DNA from: an uncultured Verrucomicrobiae bacterium
GTDB lineage: Bacteria; Verrucomicrobiota; Verrucomicrobiia; Chthoniobacterales; UBA10450
Reading direction: 5' to 3'
DNA length: 64,000 nt
Assembly (NCBI GenBank): GCA_963726745.1
Contig: CAVSDR010000005.1
Coordinates: forward strand, 128,001 to 192,000
A program made the translations under genes and the position numbers. Below are positions 19,737 through 29,680 of the stretch, one piece after another (the stretch's first letter is position 1; the number at the start of each line of letters is the position of its first letter). The notes under the pieces were generated by a model. That model saw only the letters and a list, made by a program, of their open reading frames with translations, was not told the DNA's origin and made no database searches.

Positions 19737-21227
19737 ATGAAACCGCTCGCGCTTGCGCCCAAACCGCTGCCGCCGTCCCTCGAGGAGAGGCCGGCGCTAC
19801 GCGTGCTCCCGGCGCCGGTCCTGCCCACGTTGCTCGAACAGCATCTCGAAAAGCTGCGCGCCTTTTACGAAGCGGCGCCCACGCGTTTGCGCGCAGCCGG
19901 CCTTTTCTATCGTCAGCAGCTCGCGCAACGCTATCGCCATCTCATCCCGGAAGGCGCGAGCGTGCTCGAGATCGGCTGCGGCGCGGGTCATCTGCTCGAA
20001 TGCCTGCCGAATCGCGACGTGGTCGGGATCGATCTCTCGGCTACGCAAATCGCCGCGGCGCGCGCGCGGGTGGGCCATGGGGAATTTCACGTGATGGCGG
20101 GCGAGGAGTTGCAACTCGAGCGCACCTTCGACTTCGTGATCCTTTCGGAAACGGTCAACCAGGCGGCCGACGTCCAGCAGATGCTCGAGCGCATCCAGAC
20201 CGTCGCGCACGGGCGCACCAGGTTGCTGCTTAATTTTTACAGCGCGCTCTGGCGGCCGCTCCTCAGCCTCGGGACGGCGCTCGGTTTGCGCGCGGCGCAG
20301 CCAGCTTCGAATTGGCTCAGCTCGACCGACCTCCGCCATCTTCTCAGCCTCGCCGGCTGGGAAGTGATGAAGCAGCAGAGCGCCCTGCTCCTGCCGCTGC
20401 GCTGCCTCGGCCTGGAGAAAATAGCCAACCGTTTCTTCACTCCGCTGCTCGCGCCGTTTGCGCTCACGCACTTCCAGGTGGCGCGACCGCTGCCGAAACC
20501 GCTCGGCGAAAAAAGCGTCACCGTGGTCATCCCCGCGCGCAACGAAGCGGGCAACATCGAGGCTGCGGTCCGGCGCACGCCGCGGCTCGGGCGACACACG
20601 GAGATCATTTTCATCGAGGGGAATTCGACCGATCACACTTGGAGCGAGATCGAGCGCGTGGCTGCGGCTTATCCCGATTTAGACATCAAGACGATGCGCC
20701 AGACCGGCCGCGGGAAAGGCAACGCGGTCCGCGAAGCTTTCGATGCCGCCAGCGGCGAAGTGCTGATGATCCTCGATGCCGACCTGACGATGCCGCCGGA
20801 GGAGCTGCCGAAGTTTTACCAGGTGCTGGTGAGCGGACGGGCCGATTTCGCGAACGGCGTGCGCCTGGTCTATCCGATGGAAGAAAAGGCGATGCGCTTC
20901 TGCAATCTCTGCGCGAACAAGTTCTTCGGCGTCGCCTTTAGCTGGGCCCTCGGGCAGCCGATCAAGGACACGCTCTGCGGGACCAAGGCGCTGCTTAAAT
21001 CCGACTACGAACGGATCGCGGCTAACCGCGCGCACTTCGGCGAGTTCGATCCGTTTGGCGACTTCGACCTCATCTTCGGCGCGAACCATCTGCACCTGAA
21101 GATTGGCGACATTCCCATCCGCTACCGCGACCGGACCTACGGCGAAACCAACATCCGGCGCTGGAGCAGCGGGGTGCTCCTCTTGCGGATGCTTTTCCTG
21201 GCGGTCAGGAAGATCAAATTGGTCTAG
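19737..21227 (+). CDS. Class I SAM methyltransferase-like domain fused to GT2 (polyprenol-phosphate glycosyltransferase-like)
   Basis: VLEIGCGAG; VVIPARNEAGNI, GRGKGNAVREAF, ILDADLT, DTLCGTK. Confidence 0.85.
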   Translation: MKPLALAPKPLPPSLEERPALRVLPAPVLPTLLEQHLEKLRAFYEAAPTRLRAAGLFYRQQLAQRYRHLIPEGASVLEIGCGAGHLLECLPNRDVVGIDLSATQIAAARARVGHGEFHVMAGEELQLERTFDFVILSETVNQAADVQQMLERIQTVAHGRTRLLLNFYSALWRPLLSLGTALGLRAAQPASNWLSSTDLRHLLSLAGWEVMKQQSALLLPLRCLGLEKIANRFFTPLLAPFALTHFQVARPLPKPLGEKSVTVVIPARNEAGNIEAAVRRTPRLGRHTEIIFIEGNSTDHTWSEIERVAAAYPDLDIKTMRQTGRGKGNAVREAFDAASGEVLMILDADLTMPPEELPKFYQVLVSGRADFANGVRLVYPMEEKAMRFCNLCANKFFGVAFSWALGQPIKDTLCGTKALLKSDYERIAANRAHFGEFDPFGDFDLIFGANHLHLKIGDIPIRYRDRTYGETNIRRWSSGVLLLRMLFLAVRKIKLV

Positions 21228-21256
21228 AGTCCCGCGCCGCTCGGCGGCTGGACCAG

Positions 21257-22830
21257 ATGTTCGGGCGCAAAAATTTCCCTCTTCTCGCGGCGGTGCTCGG
21301 CACCCTCGGCGCGGTCGCGCTGCAGATTTTCTTCGGCCTGCATGCGGGTGCCTTGTGGCGGGATGAGGTCACCAGCGTGGAGATCGCGAGCATGTCGAGC
21401 TGGGGCGAGACCTGGGACAATCTCGCGTTTGAGTCCTTCCCCGCGCTTTTCGTCGCGCTGCTTCGCTTCGTCGCGGGCGTGCCGCACGGCGCCAGCGATG
21501 CAGAGTTGCGGGTCTTCGGCGTGGTCATCGGGCTGCTCCTGCTCGCGCTGCTCTGGGTGAACGCGCGCTGGCTGCGCTTCGGTTTGCCGCTGCTTTCCCT
21601 CGCGCTGGTTGGTTTTAATCCCATGGTCGTGCGCTACGGCGATTCCATCCGCGCCTATGGCCTGGGCATGGTGGTGATCCTTTTCGCGCTGGGCGCCTTT
21701 TGGCGGCTCACGGAAAAGCTCTCGTTAGGCCGCGTGTTCTGCGCGCTCGCGGCCGCGCTCTTGAGCGTGCAATGCCTCTACTACAACGCCTTTCTCCTCG
21801 GGGCGATTTGCCTGGGCGCGGTCACGGTGGCACTGCGGCGGCGGGATTTCCGCACGGCGGGAACGGTGGTTGCGCTGGGCGCGCTCGCAGCGGTCTCGCT
21901 GCTGCCTTATCTCCCACGATCCACCGGGTGCAGGCGTGGAGTTTCATCTGGCAAACGCCGTTCAAGTGGTCGGCTATTTCCGCGAAGGCGGCAGAGACTT
22001 TCGGCGCGCCGCTCGGCGGCTTCGCCTGGGTTTGGCTGGCGCTGTTCTTCTTCTCGTTAGGCGCCGGGATCTGGGCGCTGGTGCGCCAGCCGGTGGAAGA
22101 CCGGACGCTCTTCGCCCTGGTGACGCTGGTCGCGGGGACGGCGGCTTACCTGGTCTTCCTGCGGATGCTGAGCTACCTCACGCAGCCGTGGTATTACATC
22201 GTCCTGCTGGCTTTTGCCGCAGTCTGCCTGGAGATGTTGCTCGCGGCGAACGTGCGGCCGGGAGTGCGCGCGCTTTTCCTGGTCGCATTTGCCGCGCTCG
22301 CTTTTCTCCCAGCGCTCAAGTCCCTCGGCGAACGTCAAACGAACATCGACCTGGTCGCGCAACGGCTGGAGGCAATGGCGGCAGCAGACGACCTGATCCT
22401 GGTAAACCCGTTTCCCTACGCGATCTCGCTGCAGTATTACTACCATGGTCGCGCCCGCGTGCGGACGATCCCGCCGATCGACGATTTGCGTTCCCATCGC
22501 GCCGATCTGCTGAAGACGCAGTTGATGGCGCAGACGCCGCTCGCGCCGATCTTCGCGCAAATCCAGGAGACGCTGCAGGGTGGCCACACCGTCTGGCTGG
22601 TGGGCGGGGTAAACTTTGTCCCGCCAAATCAGTCGCCGCTGTGGGCGCCGCCGGCAGGGGAACATCCGGATGCGAAGAGCGTGGCGCCGATTTACCGCGC
22701 GTGGAGCGAGCAAACCGCCTTCGTTTTGCAGCAGCGCGCGGCGACTTTTGAGCGCGTCCCGGTGCCGCTGGCGCAGCCCGTGATCCATTACGAAAACGTG
22801 GCCTTGAGTGCGTTTCGCGGCTGGAAGTAG
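21257..22830 (+). CDS. Multi-pass membrane protein, GT-C glycosyltransferase-like (apparent frameshift near 21920)
   Basis: LWRDE motif after TM1, IRAYGL motif; continues in ORF 21700..22830. Confidence 0.6.
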
Positions 22831-25067
22831 CCGGCTAATTCACCGGCAGCGGCGTCCAATCGAAAGCCGGCGCCGCCGCTCGCTGCCGCTCGCCACCCGC
22901 GGCCGAGGGTCGCGAGGCCAATGAAGGCCAGCGCTCCCCAGCTGGCGATGAGGAGGGAGGGCATGCCGAGCGGCCGGAAGCGGAACTCAATGCGGTTCGC
23001 CCCGCGAGTCACGGGCACGGCGCGGAAGATGAAATTGGCGCCTTCCACCGGCTGCGCGACACCGTTGACCGTCGCCTGCCAGCTGCGCGACCAGCGATCG
23101 GTGACCATGACCCAGCCGTCGTCGGGCGCTTCGACCTCGAGGATCATTTTCTCCGGCGCATACTCCCGCACCACCGTCGGCACGCGGCTCGCGGCGGAAA
23201 CTTTCGCGGGATCGAACGGCACCGGCGTCTTCTCCTGGCCGAGCATCCCGGCGCGCGAATGCCGGATGATGACCGGCCGGTCCAATTGCAGCAGATCGAC
23301 CGTGTAGACGTTAAAGGTCTCGTTATCCGGCGGCAGCAGCGGCGCGTCCTTGCTGAACCAGGTGCGCTCCGCCCCGAGGGCCATGTCGCTGAACGGCGGC
23401 CATTTTGTGATCAGGTGATGGTAGTAATTCAGGAGCGGGGTGTAGTTCCACAGCTGCGGCTGGCGCGCGAGGACATTGGAATTTGCCTGCCCTTTCCCGA
23501 GCACGCGGTCAAACCGCGGCGCAAGCGAGGACACGTGCGCCTGCGGGGGATCGGCTTCCCAAGTGAAAACGGTCGCCTGCGAAAGGCGCGCGGTCGCGAG
23601 CAGATCGAGCACCGCGAGGAGCACGAAAATCCCTGGTGCGAGCGGCGCCCAGCGTTCGAAGTGGCGCGCCAGCGCCAGGCCCAGGAAGACCGGGCCGATC
23701 CAGACGATCACCAGGTGAGCTGTGGTGAGCGCGGCGTGCGGCAGTCCCACGAGGGCGATCGCGTTGACCGCCCCGAAGCCCACGAACGCGCAGACCGCCA
23801 GGAACAGCGCGAGAAATTGAAAGCCCTGGAGTGCGCGTGCGCCGGCCTTCCAGCGGGCGAGGTCGCGCGCCCCCAGGAGGGCGAGCGCCGACAGCAGGAA
23901 AATGAAATAGCCGCGCAGCATCGCGGAGTGCCGGAAGAAACGCGTTGGCGGGAGGAGATCGTACATCCAACCGCGCAGCGGGAGCGTACGCGACATCGCG
24001 CAGGCCAGCGCAAGGAGCGCAAGCGTCACGAGAAACCAGCGCCAGCCACGCTCGCCGCGATTGCCTAACGAGACCAAGGCCAGGAGCAGGGTGGCCGCGC
24101 CGGTGTAGAGGCTCAGGCAGGAGACGTCGGTGTAGCTCCAGAGTGACGGCTGCCGCATCTTCAGCTCGCCGTAGGCCGGACTCCCGAGAGTCACCAGGCT
24201 GCCCGGATGGAGCGCGTTCGACTCCAGCGCATATGGCCGGCTGATCGGCTCGCCGCGGTCGCTGTAGCCGCGGCCTTCCCACACCGCGCTGATCAGCGAA
24301 GGCGCGAGGATCACCGCACCGACGAGACCCACGACGAGCAAGCGCAGAAACGCGCGGGTGCAACGCGCGGCGGTCGGTTTTTCCAGCGAGAAAAGCGAAC
24401 GACCGACTGTCCACAAGCCGAGCAAGCCGGCGGTGCAGACGGTGAACGAGGGATAGCCCGCGAGCCCGGAAAGTCCCCAGAGCGCGCCCGCCTGGAGAGC
24501 CGGGAGCCAGCGAGAGGATTGCAGGGCCACATCCAGCCGCCAGAGGATCCACGGCAGGAGCGAGAAGGAATAGACCACGAGCGAGTGCTCCGCGTGCCCG
24601 GTGTAAAACCCGGAAAAGAGATACCCGAGCGCGACCACCAGCCCGCCCCAGACAGGCGCGCGCCAATGCCGCGCGAGCAGGAGCATGCCGAAACCGCCGG
24701 CTAACCAAATCAGCAGCCAGTAGGCGATGTAACCGCCCCCGCCCGGGCCGGTGAGCGCAGCCAGCAGGATCATATCGGGCGACAAGGCTCCGGCGCCGGC
24801 GATGGCGAAATCGGGCGAGCCGCCCGCGAGCCAGGGATTCCAGAAGAGCAAATGGCCCGCGCGCGCGCAGTCGGCCACGAGCGAATAATACGGCATGCCG
24901 AGGTCGTAGGCGTCCCATTGTTCGTGGCCCTGGCCGGTGAGCAACGGCCAGTTGGCCACCGCGAAGAGCGCGGTAAGGATCAAGGCCGCGTGCCGCCAGC
25001 GCATGCGGGAGGCGCCCGCGAGCCAGCCTTCGAGAATCGCGAGAAAGGAGGAAGCGGCAGCAGGCAT
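22788..25067 (-). CDS. YfhO family membrane protein (GT-C-like)
   Basis: FWNPWLAGGSP; C-terminal WQATVNG...ANFIFRAVPVTRGANRIEFRFRP typical of YfhO. Confidence 0.75.
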   Translation of the reverse strand: MPAAASSFLAILEGWLAGASRMRWRHAALILTALFAVANWPLLTGQGHEQWDAYDLGMPYYSLVADCARAGHLLFWNPWLAGGSPDFAIAGAGALSPDMILLAALTGPGGGGYIAYWLLIWLAGGFGMLLLARHWRAPVWGGLVVALGYLFSGFYTGHAEHSLVVYSFSLLPWILWRLDVALQSSRWLPALQAGALWGLSGLAGYPSFTVCTAGLLGLWTVGRSLFSLEKPTAARCTRAFLRLLVVGLVGAVILAPSLISAVWEGRGYSDRGEPISRPYALESNALHPGSLVTLGSPAYGELKMRQPSLWSYTDVSCLSLYTGAATLLLALVSLGNRGERGWRWFLVTLALLALACAMSRTLPLRGWMYDLLPPTRFFRHSAMLRGYFIFLLSALALLGARDLARWKAGARALQGFQFLALFLAVCAFVGFGAVNAIALVGLPHAALTTAHLVIVWIGPVFLGLALARHFERWAPLAPGIFVLLAVLDLLATARLSQATVFTWEADPPQAHVSSLAPRFDRVLGKGQANSNVLARQPQLWNYTPLLNYYHHLITKWPPFSDMALGAERTWFSKDAPLLPPDNETFNVYTVDLLQLDRPVIIRHSRAGMLGQEKTPVPFDPAKVSAASRVPTVVREYAPEKMILEVEAPDDGWVMVTDRWSRSWQATVNGVAQPVEGANFIFRAVPVTRGANRIEFRFRPLGMPSLLIASWGALAFIGLATLGRGWRAAASGGAGFRLDAAAGELAGYFQPRNALKATFS

Positions 25068-25078
25068 CAGGCAGTCGG

Positions 25079-27037
25079 CTAGAGCGCCGCCTCGATCGTC
25101 TTCTTCAGCTCAAGGAACTCCGGCTGCTCTGGCCGCGCGCGCAACGCCGGGGCCAGTTGCGCCTGCGCCCGCGCGTAATCGCCGAGTGCGGAATAGGCGC
25201 GCGCCATCAGGAAGTGCGTCTTCGGGTCATCGGGCGATTGCTCCTGCGCGCCCCGGAAAAATTTGATCGCCAATTCCCAGCGATTCTCGCCCAGGGCGAG
25301 CACGCCGAGATTATTCCAGGCGCCTTCGTGGGTCGGATCGAGGCGGAGGGTGGCGGCATACCACGGTTTCGCCTCCGCGGTGTGGCCTTGCTCGAGCTGG
25401 AGATTGCCGAGGGCGAAATTGATCTCTGCGTTGTCCGGCACGTAGGCGTAGGCCAGCTCGAGCTTCTCCTGGGCTAACGAGTAGTTCTTTCCCTGGAGCG
25501 CCTGCCAGCCGGAGTTGTAGGGATCGAGCGCCCAGAGCGAGGGATCGCCCCGGCGAATGGAGACGAAAGTGCAGGTGGCCACGAGGAGCGCCAAATAGAC
25601 GGCAAGCTCACGGAAGCGCGCGCGGCAGAGATTTTCCCAGAGCAGGTAGACCCCGAACGCAGCCAGCAACATCAACCCCGGGACGGCGGCCATGCGGTAG
25701 CGTTCGGTCACGAAAACCGTCAGGAGCGAGCCCAGGTGGAGCGCGATCGCGGCGATGACCCAGCGGGCTTCGCGCGCGCGCCTCGCCGCGAAGGGCAGGG
25801 CCGCGAGCGCGAGCGCGGCCACGAGGCCGAAGCGCAGACCCGGCGGCAGGATTCCCTGGAGGCGGAGGTTGGTGATGATGCTGAGGTCGTCGTATTGAAA
25901 GGCGTTCCAGAAGTTGGCGATCTTCGTGCCGACCAGCCGCAGCCAGGCGCCGGGATTCTCGCGGATGTAGGCGTTCGCCTTGGCCGACCAATATTTTGAA
26001 ACTTCCGCGCGCTGGAGCTTGTGCCCCACGCTCCGCTCGGCGGTCTTGATTGAATCGGAGAGCATTGCCTCCTGTCCGGCGTGCAGGCCGGGCGGCATCT
26101 TCGGGTAGCCATTGGCCACGGGGTTGTTGCCAATCCAGAAGTTCACCCCGCTGTGGGCCGAGAGCAGGACGGGCTCGTGCGCAACGAAGTAATTGTGCGC
26201 CCAGCACGGAAGGGTGCCGAGGCCGAGACCGGCCGCGAGCAAAACTGAGAGCACGGCCGCGCGGGTGAGTTCCACGCGATTGCGGCCGGCCCATTTAAAG
26301 AAAAGCGCGGCAATAAAAAGCGGCGCGAGGAAAAGCGTGGTGGCGATGCCCATGGCGGTGAAGCCGATGAGCAAACCAAAGAGGAAGACGACCGCGGGTC
26401 GCGGGGTCTCCTGGCGGCGCACGATCTGCCAGACGACGAACCAGAAGACAAAAATAGCCAGCGCTGTGGGCATGAGGATGGCCGCGTAAGCCTGCGCCGG
26501 GGCGTAGCAGGCCCAGCCGCCGGCGGCGAGCAGGCCGACGATCGTGCCGCGCTGCGTCCGGAGCTTTTCCCACGGAGTGACGGCCGTGCTTGCCCGCGGA
26601 GCGGCGAAGAGATGCGCGCCCAGGCGGAAGAGGATCACGGCCGTGCCGCTATCGGCGCAGCCTTGGAGGAACGCCGGGAAGAACGGGCTATAACCAAAAA
26701 CCTTGTAGAGCGCCGCGAGCAGATACGGGTAAAGCGGGAGCCCGTAGAAGGCCTGGTGATCGGTCCATTGGCCGTGGAGGATGCGCTGCGCCCAGTCGTT
26801 GTAGAAATGCATGTCGCCTTGGGCCGGCAGAAGGAAGGCCGAGGCGCTGAATTTCAAGAGTACAAGCAACCGCACGAGGAGCACGCCGGCAAACACGTAG
26901 GCCGATAGAGAGATGGTGCGCGGCAGCGCCGGGCGGAGAAGTCCCATGGCCATTCTCTTTAGCAGTGCGCGGGCCGAGCGGGGAACTTCCTGCCTGGTGG
27001 CGGCGGAAATTTGCGGCCGCATTCCAGTAATTCTCAT
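25079..27037 (-). CDS. GT39/PMT-like membrane glycosyltransferase with C-terminal TPRs (alternative start 26953)
   Basis: GDMHFYNDWA, PLYPYLLA, SGVNFWIGNNPVANG, ERYRMAAVP; TPRs such as AWNNLGVLAL. Confidence 0.75.
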   Translation of the reverse strand: MRITGMRPQISAATRQEVPRSARALLKRMAMGLLRPALPRTISLSAYVFAGVLLVRLLVLLKFSASAFLLPAQGDMHFYNDWAQRILHGQWTDHQAFYGLPLYPYLLAALYKVFGYSPFFPAFLQGCADSGTAVILFRLGAHLFAAPRASTAVTPWEKLRTQRGTIVGLLAAGGWACYAPAQAYAAILMPTALAIFVFWFVVWQIVRRQETPRPAVVFLFGLLIGFTAMGIATTLFLAPLFIAALFFKWAGRNRVELTRAAVLSVLLAAGLGLGTLPCWAHNYFVAHEPVLLSAHSGVNFWIGNNPVANGYPKMPPGLHAGQEAMLSDSIKTAERSVGHKLQRAEVSKYWSAKANAYIRENPGAWLRLVGTKIANFWNAFQYDDLSIITNLRLQGILPPGLRFGLVAALALAALPFAARRAREARWVIAAIALHLGSLLTVFVTERYRMAAVPGLMLLAAFGVYLLWENLCRARFRELAVYLALLVATCTFVSIRRGDPSLWALDPYNSGWQALQGKNYSLAQEKLELAYAYVPDNAEINFALGNLQLEQGHTAEAKPWYAATLRLDPTHEGAWNNLGVLALGENRWELAIKFFRGAQEQSPDDPKTHFLMARAYSALGDYARAQAQLAPALRARPEQPEFLELKKTIEAAL

Positions 27038-27051
27038 AAAGCTGGCCTGGT

Positions 27052-27067
27052 TGGCACCACCCCTGCT
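27052..27067 (+). promoter_or_regulatory. Putative sigma54 (-24/-12) promoter of pilin 1
   Basis: TGGCACCACCCCTGCT = GG-N10-GC. Confidence 0.7.
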
Positions 27068-27114
27068 TTTAACCCTCGCAACAATCGGCGGTTCTCGGAT
27101 CGCCGCTTCGAACT

Positions 27115-27604
27115 AAAAAACCAAACCAGAAAGAACCAGCAAGATGTTAAACAAATTGAACAAGAATCGCGGGGGCTTCACCCTCGTGGAAATCATGATC
27201 GTGGTCGCGATTATCGCCCTCCTGGCGGCGATCGCCGTCCCCGGCTTCCTCCGTGCCCGCAAGCGCTCGCAGGCCAGCCGGATCATCAACGATCTGCGCC
27301 TGATCGACAGCGCGGTCGACCAGTATGCGATCGAAACCAACAAGACCTCGGGCGCGACCGTGCTCGTGGCCGATTGGACCAACTACCTGAAGAAAGGGAC
27401 CAACCTCTACGTGACCGGGGCGGACCTCTTCGGCAACACCTACGGCAACCAGGCCGTCGACAAACTCCCGAGCGTGCCCACGGCGACCAAGACCGCCCTC
27501 TCGGACGTGACCGACAACACCTTCTGGTCTCCGTACAACTAAGCTAAGACCCTTCACCCACCTGTCATCCCCGCACCCCGCGGGGGTGGCAGGCAGTGAG
27601 TGGT
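27115..27604 (+). repeat. ~490 bp direct repeat, copy A (pilin gene plus 3' hairpin)
   Basis: Near-identical to 29681-30183. Confidence 0.95.
27144..27542 (+). CDS. Type IV pilin, copy 1
   Basis: Class III signal MLNKLNKNRGG|FTLVEIMIVVAIIALLAAIAVP, 132 aa. Confidence 0.92.
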   Translation: MLNKLNKNRGGFTLVEIMIVVAIIALLAAIAVPGFLRARKRSQASRIINDLRLIDSAVDQYAIETNKTSGATVLVADWTNYLKKGTNLYVTGADLFGNTYGNQAVDKLPSVPTATKTALSDVTDNTFWSPYN

Positions 27605-27608
27605 TAAG

Positions 27609-29534
27609 CTAACGAGTTATCCGCATGCGACCGAGTGGAAGCGGCGGAGCCAGTAACGGAATCTCCGCCCCGGTCTTGGGCTGCCAGGTGGCACGCGACC
27701 GGTCCATGAAAAGAAGCTCGCCCTCAAATTCGCCGGGAGCGAGATCGGCTGGCGGATTAACCAACCATTTCTCTACATAAAGGCCTTCGCCCGCTTCCGG
27801 CGCGGCGAGTCCGCGCTGCAGGATGAAAGGCGGTCCGCCATTGCCTGGTCTTAGGCGAAGCACCATCCATGGGAAGACTTCCCGTTCCACACCGAATTGC
27901 CAGGTTAAGGTTAACTCGAGTGCTTCCCGTGATGAGAAATTAGCCGACGATTTCTCAATTTTGAGGAGCTTCGTTCCCGCGCCCATTTCGATTACCGAGA
28001 CGGCATTCTCCAGCGCGGGCGCGGCGCGCTTTTCCACCCGTCGCAGAAGCGTTAGCTCGTTCTGCGAGACGGATTCCCATTGCGCTTTGACCAGGAAATC
28101 GTGGAGCAATTCCTCGCTCGAGGGGAACGCTTCGCCGCGGGCTGTGCGCATGCGCGGATGGAAGTAACCCGACCCCGGATCGAAGGTCGCCTGGTCGCCG
28201 TAATCCAGGAGCACGTAATCGGTCGGCGGCGGTGGCTGGAAACGTTCACGGCTAAGGGTGCGCAGGCCTTTGAGAATGTAATGGAGCGAGTGCAGTCGCT
28301 CGCGCAGCGCCAAGTGAGTGAGGTAGGGAAGCGGCGCGACCACGCTCGCTTCCGCCGGGATCGCGCGCAGGAATTCCTCCTTCCGTAATCGATCCGCTCG
28401 GCCACCCGACCATTCCTGCGCCGTGCGCAGCATGCCCGCGGCCGGGCCGATCCAAAGTTGCCCAATGAGACAGGCGGCGAGAATTGCCGGCGGCAGCCAG
28501 CGTTGGCCCCGGCGAAAACCAGCCACCGCTTCGACCGTGGCCAGCCAACAAAGCGGCAAGAGCGGCGCGGCGTAATGAAAGAAAACCGTCCACTCCGACG
28601 AGCGCCAGGAAAGCAAGTGCTGCAGCAAAACAGGCAGCGCGATCAACAGCCAATGTGGCCGCAAGAGTGGCAGCGCCAGGAATGGGAGCAGCAGGGCCCA
28701 GAGCAAATTGCCGTGAGCTAACGAGTGGCCGAGCGCGCCCAGGGCGAGCTGAGGTTGCAGGATAAAATTGCGCAGGATCTCGCCGCCGGATGCACCCAAG
28801 CGATCGTAGAGTGCGAGGTAATCGATGTTCCCGGAGTTCAACGCCGGCGTGATCACCTTGCTGGAAAAAATAAACCAACCGAGCGCGCCCAGCATCGGCC
28901 AGGCATACCAGCGCAGCAGCTCGCGCCCTCCGCGTCGGCGCTCCCGCCAGGCCTCGACCACACAAAAAGCCGCCAATAACAGCGCCATGTTTTCCTTGCA
29001 GGCGAGCACCGCGGCGAACCAGCACCAGTAAGCGCCTACTCGTCGGCGCAGGCGCGCGTGCCACAGGAGCAAAAGGAAGGGAGCGGTCAGCGCTTCCGGG
29101 TGAAACTCGTGCAGCGCCACGTAACCCGTGGCCGGGATAAGCAGGAGGGCCAGCGCCAGCAGGACGCTCGCCGTTTCGCCTATGCCGGACCGGCGCGCGA
29201 TCCGGTAGCCGACAAGTCCCATCGAGGCGAGCCCGAGGTTTTGCAGGACCACAAAGGTCATCGGATGCGGGAAGAGGAAGAAGATCGGCGCGATAAGCAG
29301 AACGATCGGCTCCACGTGGTTGCCGAGCAGCGGGACGTATTGCACCGAGACCTCGAGGCGTCCGTGGATCAATTGCCAGAGCGCCTGCACGTAGTAGGCC
29401 AGGTCAAAGGTGCGATAGGCGAAACCGGCCCAGCGGGCCGCGGAAGTGGCGGTCCAGGCGAGGAAGCAAAGCAGCGCCACGCCTGCCACCAGCGTCGCGC
29501 CGCGGCCGTCGTTTCGCTCGCTCTCCCCGTGCAC
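27609..29534 (-). CDS. DUF2079-like membrane protein (GT-C-like)
   Basis: TFDLAYYVQALW, LGNHVEPI, EFHPEAL, LACKEN, FHYAAPLLP. Confidence 0.75.
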   Translation of the reverse strand: MHGESERNDGRGATLVAGVALLCFLAWTATSAARWAGFAYRTFDLAYYVQALWQLIHGRLEVSVQYVPLLGNHVEPIVLLIAPIFFLFPHPMTFVVLQNLGLASMGLVGYRIARRSGIGETASVLLALALLLIPATGYVALHEFHPEALTAPFLLLLWHARLRRRVGAYWCWFAAVLACKENMALLLAAFCVVEAWRERRRGGRELLRWYAWPMLGALGWFIFSSKVITPALNSGNIDYLALYDRLGASGGEILRNFILQPQLALGALGHSLAHGNLLWALLLPFLALPLLRPHWLLIALPVLLQHLLSWRSSEWTVFFHYAAPLLPLCWLATVEAVAGFRRGQRWLPPAILAACLIGQLWIGPAAGMLRTAQEWSGGRADRLRKEEFLRAIPAEASVVAPLPYLTHLALRERLHSLHYILKGLRTLSRERFQPPPPTDYVLLDYGDQATFDPGSGYFHPRMRTARGEAFPSSEELLHDFLVKAQWESVSQNELTLLRRVEKRAAPALENAVSVIEMGAGTKLLKIEKSSANFSSREALELTLTWQFGVEREVFPWMVLRLRPGNGGPPFILQRGLAAPEAGEGLYVEKWLVNPPADLAPGEFEGELLFMDRSRATWQPKTGAEIPLLAPPLPLGRMRITR

Positions 29535-29624
29535 GCACTCCGCTTAGCCCGCGCCTGTGCCGGGCACAAGCGCCGCCGCTCGCGGATGGCTCTTTGCAGC
29601 CTAACGAAAAATTCTTCGGAAGCG

Positions 29625-29640
29625 CGGCACCGCTCCTGCT
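29625..29640 (+). promoter_or_regulatory. Putative sigma54 (-24/-12) promoter of pilin 2/3
   Basis: CGGCACCGCTCCTGCT = GG-N10-GC, followed by TTTA as in copy 1. Confidence 0.65.
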
Positions 29641-29680
29641 TTTAGCAAGACCTGTCAGTTCGTCCCACCCGGACGCAATC

